64,000 nucleotides of DNA from Desulfatiglandales bacterium (GTDB lineage: Bacteria; Desulfobacterota; DSM-4660; Desulfatiglandales; HGW-15), in contig CAXXJJ010000004.1 of the NCBI GenBank assembly GCA_963667015.2, positions 512,001 through 576,000 on the forward strand, read 5' to 3'. Below, one piece after another: positions 60,211 to 64,000 of this stretch (within the stretch, counting starts at the first letter, position 1; every line of letters starts with the position of its first letter). A program made the translations under genes and the position numbers. The notes below the pieces were generated by a model, which did not search any database, had not been told where the DNA came from, and saw only the letters and a program-made list of their open reading frames with translations.

Positions 60211-60238
60211 GTAGAGACGGGTTTTAAACCCGTCTCCT
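60211..60238. repeat. GTAG-type REP-like palindrome, possible terminator
   Basis: GTAGAGACGGGTTTTAAACCCGTCTC downstream of the Mo-enzyme operon. Confidence 0.55.
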
Positions 60239-60275
60239 GTAAAACATCCATTAGATTACTGCAATTAGGTAACCC

Positions 60276-61088
60276 TTAGACCAGGGGAATTTCGCCAAGG
60301 TTTACATCATCTTTTGTGGAAATGCTGTCAAAGTCTACCGACTTTCCATCCTTTTCCAGTTTAAGGGTAAAGGTTCGGTCGTCCTTGAGACCCCTGAACC
60401 AGAAATCTCCGAATTTATCGGTTTCCGTTGTAAAGGACTCTCCGCTCTCCATGTCCGTCAGGGTGCAGCTTGCACCAATAACCACTTCCTTTATCTCCGG
60501 ATCATAGAGGAGCCCTCCCACAAACTTTTTAGGCAGGTTCAGGTAATGCACACGTGTTTTTATCCCCAGTTCCGGGCGGAATTCGTCGGCCTTTTCAATC
60601 AGGTCCTTAAGATCCGATTCTTCGCCGAACCTGAGGGCATCGGTGGGACACTGATCAACACACCGTGGCACCTCCCAGCCGTCATCCAGCAGATGGGCAC
60701 AGCCGGTACACTTCTGGGCAATATTGAGTGTCTCATTAAAATAGATCGCACCATATGGACACCCGTCCACACAGAGTTTGCAGCCGGAGCATTTTTCAGG
60801 ATTGATGATAATAAGACCGTCATCCCGCCTGTAGATGGCATCCTCAATTTTACATTCATTCATACAGGGGGCATCCTCACAGTGCATACACATAGCGGGA
60901 CGATATGAAACCATTACCTTGGGCACTGTTCCCCTGACTTTTTCTTTGATGCCCAGCCAGAACTGTCCGGTATCCGGCTGTGGTTTGGCATATGGTGACC
61001 AGTCATTTCCCGCATGTTCGTCCTTGCAGGCGATCTGGCAGCAGTAGCATCCATTGCATACAGAAAGATCAATTACAAAAGCCTTCAT
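60276..61088 (-). CDS. Fe-S subunit, pyrogallol transhydroxylase beta-like
   Basis: CNGCYCCQIAC, CMHCEDAPC, CSGCKLCVDGCP, KCTGC..CVDQCP; C-terminal TDKFGDFWF beta-sandwich. Confidence 0.85.
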   Translation of the reverse strand: MKAFVIDLSVCNGCYCCQIACKDEHAGNDWSPYAKPQPDTGQFWLGIKEKVRGTVPKVMVSYRPAMCMHCEDAPCMNECKIEDAIYRRDDGLIIINPEKCSGCKLCVDGCPYGAIYFNETLNIAQKCTGCAHLLDDGWEVPRCVDQCPTDALRFGEESDLKDLIEKADEFRPELGIKTRVHYLNLPKKFVGGLLYDPEIKEVVIGASCTLTDMESGESFTTETDKFGDFWFRGLKDDRTFTLKLEKDGKSVDFDSISTKDDVNLGEIPLV

Positions 61089-61090
61089 TA

Positions 61091-63697
61091 TTATTCTCCT
61101 CCTTCAATCCATGCGTTAAAACGCAGTCCCGCAGCGGGGTCGTATTCTTTTTCAAATACCTCGGGGTATTCCCTTCGCCATTTATCCATCTCCTCCATGC
61201 TGAGTCTCTCCACCTGCACCAGGTAACCGGTTACAACGTTTCCCACTGCATTTTTAGAGGTGATTGGCCCCGGGGATATGGTATTAATTGCCCCTCCGCG
61301 GTCGATCTCTCCGGCCTTGATAAAGTCAACCCTTGCGCCATGATCAATATATGCAACCCCCGGCCTCAGGCGTTCGGTCACATAGGCGCCGGCAAGGACT
61401 ATGCCTCTTTCATTGATAATCTTTACGATATCGCCGTTTTTAATGCCTCTTTTTTCAGCCTCGGAGGTATGTATCCAGCAGGGTTCATACTTGTAACCGT
61501 CCGGTCCTGTCACCTTGCAGGTAGGCGCCTCACGGGTCCAGGTGATATCGTCGCACTGGGCATGAACCCTCCACCGCCCGTGATTGGACTGAAGAAGCAG
61601 CGGGAACATTTTAGACCTTTCACTGGAGAGCCTTTCATCATGCAGGATGCCCTTTTCTATCCATTTAGGCATGGGCGGACGCTCGTGATCATCCGGAAAA
61701 TGTCTTGCAAGTTTCTCAGAATAGAATTCCAGTTTGCCGGATGGTGTCGACAGCTTGTGCTTCTCAGGGTCCTCATAGAACTGTCGCAGGCCAGGAGGAT
61801 CATCTTCCCAGTCCTCAGCCACGTTATAGAGATAATATCCTCTTTCCTTGAACTCTTCCCAGGTTGTGAACTTGGTTAGGTTCATGAATTCGAACACAGA
61901 TTTCTGCATATCTTCCGTGGTCTGGTTTTCGGTCATGGTTTCTTCCATGCCCAGCTTCTTGGCGATCTCCACAACAACCTCAAAGTTGCTCTTGGACTCG
62001 CCGACCGGTTCGATGGCCTGCTCTGTAAGGATCACATTTGGTATCTGGGTACCCTGCCTGATATTTGTAACAATATCCTCAACCTCAAAATGTGTATTGG
62101 AGGGAAGGAGAATATCGGAAAACAGGCAGTCGTTTTCCATCCAGGGGTGCTGGGAAACAATACATTCGATCTCGGGATTCCTGAGCGCCCTTTCTGTATC
62201 ATTGCCGTGATTCCAGCAGGTGGTGCGGCACGGGGTATCAGTCCACATCATATGTATACGGGTACCGCCCTCTTCCTTGGCAATGGGGTATGTATATTTG
62301 ACAAACTGATCCTCGGTGCGGCCTTCCTGTGCCCCGGCCCCGTAAAAGACAATAGGTTCATCGGATTCAATTGCATTCTGGATCAGGGTCTTTGGAAGAA
62401 CCTGTTTCTGCCATGCGGCAACGGAATTCATTACCGGGATGGCCAGTCTTTCATTGATTTCAGGATTGTAAAAGAATGTCCCTGCAAGACCTGCTGATCT
62501 GGGCATACCAAAGTATGTAAGCTGATGCTGATGCACGCCTGGTTTTCCAAGGCCCTGCATGCCAAGCAGGCAGCTCTCAAGTCTGGCAGGTTCATGGGAA
62601 TATGGGCCACGAATCATGCCGCCGCCAAAGTAGTGGGCGATGGATGTTGTTTTTTCGGCAAACTCACGGGCCAGAGCCTTAATGGTCCACTCGGAGACAC
62701 CGCATTTTTTTGAGGCCCATTCGGGTGTCTTGGGAATATCGTCTTCTTCACCCAGAACATAGGCGCAGAATTTGTCAAAACCCACAACATGGGTATCCAC
62801 ATATTCCTTGTCATAGGTCTCCTCCTTGAGCCAGGTATATGCGATTGCAAGTTGAAGGGCCGCATCCGTGTTTGGCAGGATGGGAATCCATTTGTCCGCG
62901 TGAACAGCTGCACCATAGTTAAGATCCGGGCAGATATAAACCTGTTTTATACCGATGTCTCTCCAGAAGTATGTCAGACGGCTTGGAAACTGTCCTGTAA
63001 AACCCCAGGGCGTGGTCTCTGGATCGCACCCCCAGAAAAGCACCATCTCGGCATTTTCGGTTGTGTCCTTTACAATGTTGTGGGCCGGCCACATGGCGCC
63101 CTGTACACCCTGCCCCCAGACATGTTTTGAGCCCCAGTACCAGCCTTCCCAGCTGTCAGGGTTTCGAATCTGCTGGGTGAAACCGCCAAGATTGTCAAGA
63201 AGTGTGCTTGAATGGCCGTGGGGCGTATTGATGGTCATGCATTCGCCGTGGCCGTCTCCCTGCATAAGGATTGCGTTTGGTCCGTATTGTTTATGAATAC
63301 GTTTGATTTCGTTGGCCACAAGGGTTGCAGCCTCATCCCAGGATATCCGCCGGTATTTGCTCTTTCCCCTGTTCTGGGGATTTCTCTCTCCATTGGGGTC
63401 CCAGTCTACACGTACTGCCGGGTATTTGATTCGATTGGGAGAGTAAACCCGCTTTTTATAGGCCAGGGAAAATGGTCCGGGAAGGGATTTCCAGGCCTGC
63501 TCCAGCTTCTTCCCATTTTTTTCCAGGGCCCAGTTTCTTATTTCTTCCCGTTTCACCTTCCAGTCGTAGTGAAAAGGCCTGATCCGGACGATTTTGCCAT
63601 CCTTGATGTCTACCATTCCCTCACTGCCGCCGCCAAAGTATCCGCCGAGACTGAGGGACCTCAAAACTGTCTTGTCTTTAGTTCGTTTTTTTTCCAT
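61091..63697 (-). CDS. Molybdopterin (DMSO reductase family) oxidoreductase, pyrogallol transhydroxylase alpha-like
   Basis: YSPNRIKYP, NPDSWEGWYWG (Ser ligand), STPSGKLEF, HGRWRVHAQ; no Tat signal or N-terminal Fe-S motif. Confidence 0.85.
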   Translation of the reverse strand: MEKKRTKDKTVLRSLSLGGYFGGGSEGMVDIKDGKIVRIRPFHYDWKVKREEIRNWALEKNGKKLEQAWKSLPGPFSLAYKKRVYSPNRIKYPAVRVDWDPNGERNPQNRGKSKYRRISWDEAATLVANEIKRIHKQYGPNAILMQGDGHGECMTINTPHGHSSTLLDNLGGFTQQIRNPDSWEGWYWGSKHVWGQGVQGAMWPAHNIVKDTTENAEMVLFWGCDPETTPWGFTGQFPSRLTYFWRDIGIKQVYICPDLNYGAAVHADKWIPILPNTDAALQLAIAYTWLKEETYDKEYVDTHVVGFDKFCAYVLGEEDDIPKTPEWASKKCGVSEWTIKALAREFAEKTTSIAHYFGGGMIRGPYSHEPARLESCLLGMQGLGKPGVHQHQLTYFGMPRSAGLAGTFFYNPEINERLAIPVMNSVAAWQKQVLPKTLIQNAIESDEPIVFYGAGAQEGRTEDQFVKYTYPIAKEEGGTRIHMMWTDTPCRTTCWNHGNDTERALRNPEIECIVSQHPWMENDCLFSDILLPSNTHFEVEDIVTNIRQGTQIPNVILTEQAIEPVGESKSNFEVVVEIAKKLGMEETMTENQTTEDMQKSVFEFMNLTKFTTWEEFKERGYYLYNVAEDWEDDPPGLRQFYEDPEKHKLSTPSGKLEFYSEKLARHFPDDHERPPMPKWIEKGILHDERLSSERSKMFPLLLQSNHGRWRVHAQCDDITWTREAPTCKVTGPDGYKYEPCWIHTSEAEKRGIKNGDIVKIINERGIVLAGAYVTERLRPGVAYIDHGARVDFIKAGEIDRGGAINTISPGPITSKNAVGNVVTGYLVQVERLSMEEMDKWRREYPEVFEKEYDPAAGLRFNAWIEGGE

Positions 63698-64000
63698 TCT
63701 TAAATTCCCTTTTCTTTAATTTACTCTCCCGAAAATAATCACTTTCCGGAATCAGCCGATATAAACTATAAAGGCATTTAGTTTACGGTTGAAAACTAAG
63801 TTTTGATTATAGCCTATTTTTGCCAAAAGTCAAACATCTGACATTTAATGCTCCAAAAGTTAATTAAAATTAAATATTGAGGTAACTAACTGATATATAG
63901 TCATTTATAGAAGACATATTTAAAAGTTGGGTAAACTCATCATTCTACTTAATAAAAATGCAGCATAATCAGCGGGTAGATTTTTAGGAGCCAGTATTTT

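Overview
A 64-kb bacterial window whose gene content suggests an anaerobic deltaproteobacterium/Desulfobacterota (inference from the proteins only). No rRNA, tRNA or CRISPR array was recognised. The ends carry ordinary genes: pepD, an ECF sigma locus, hydrolases, an MFS transporter, an M48 peptidase and a pyrogallol-transhydroxylase-like Mo enzyme. From about 13 kb to 63.7 kb every credible gene except the IS21 genes is on the minus strand. Between about 13 and 54 kb these genes sit as small modules separated by a recurring family of hairpin and half-hairpin motifs (GGGGTC..GACCCC, GGGAC..GTCCC, GGTGTC..GACACC) and by a 159-bp element. Several genes are 5'-truncated at these motifs, one locus appears in both a filled and an empty form, and both IS elements (IS21, IS1380) inserted into hairpin loops. 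Together this looks like a gene-cassette array built on non-attC sites, with no recombinase in the window. The cargo is defence-rich: a Dsr1-like sirtuin, two HEPN-like proteins, VapBC and a DNA MTase/GHKL-histidine kinase/receiver triad. The most novel cargo is a tight five-gene operon (SLATT effector, SAM methyltransferase, radical SAM, nucleotidyltransferase-like protein, HAD phosphatase) bracketed by a 28-bp inverted repeat, a candidate nucleotide-modification anti-phage system. All functional calls come from motif recognition by eye; no searches were run.
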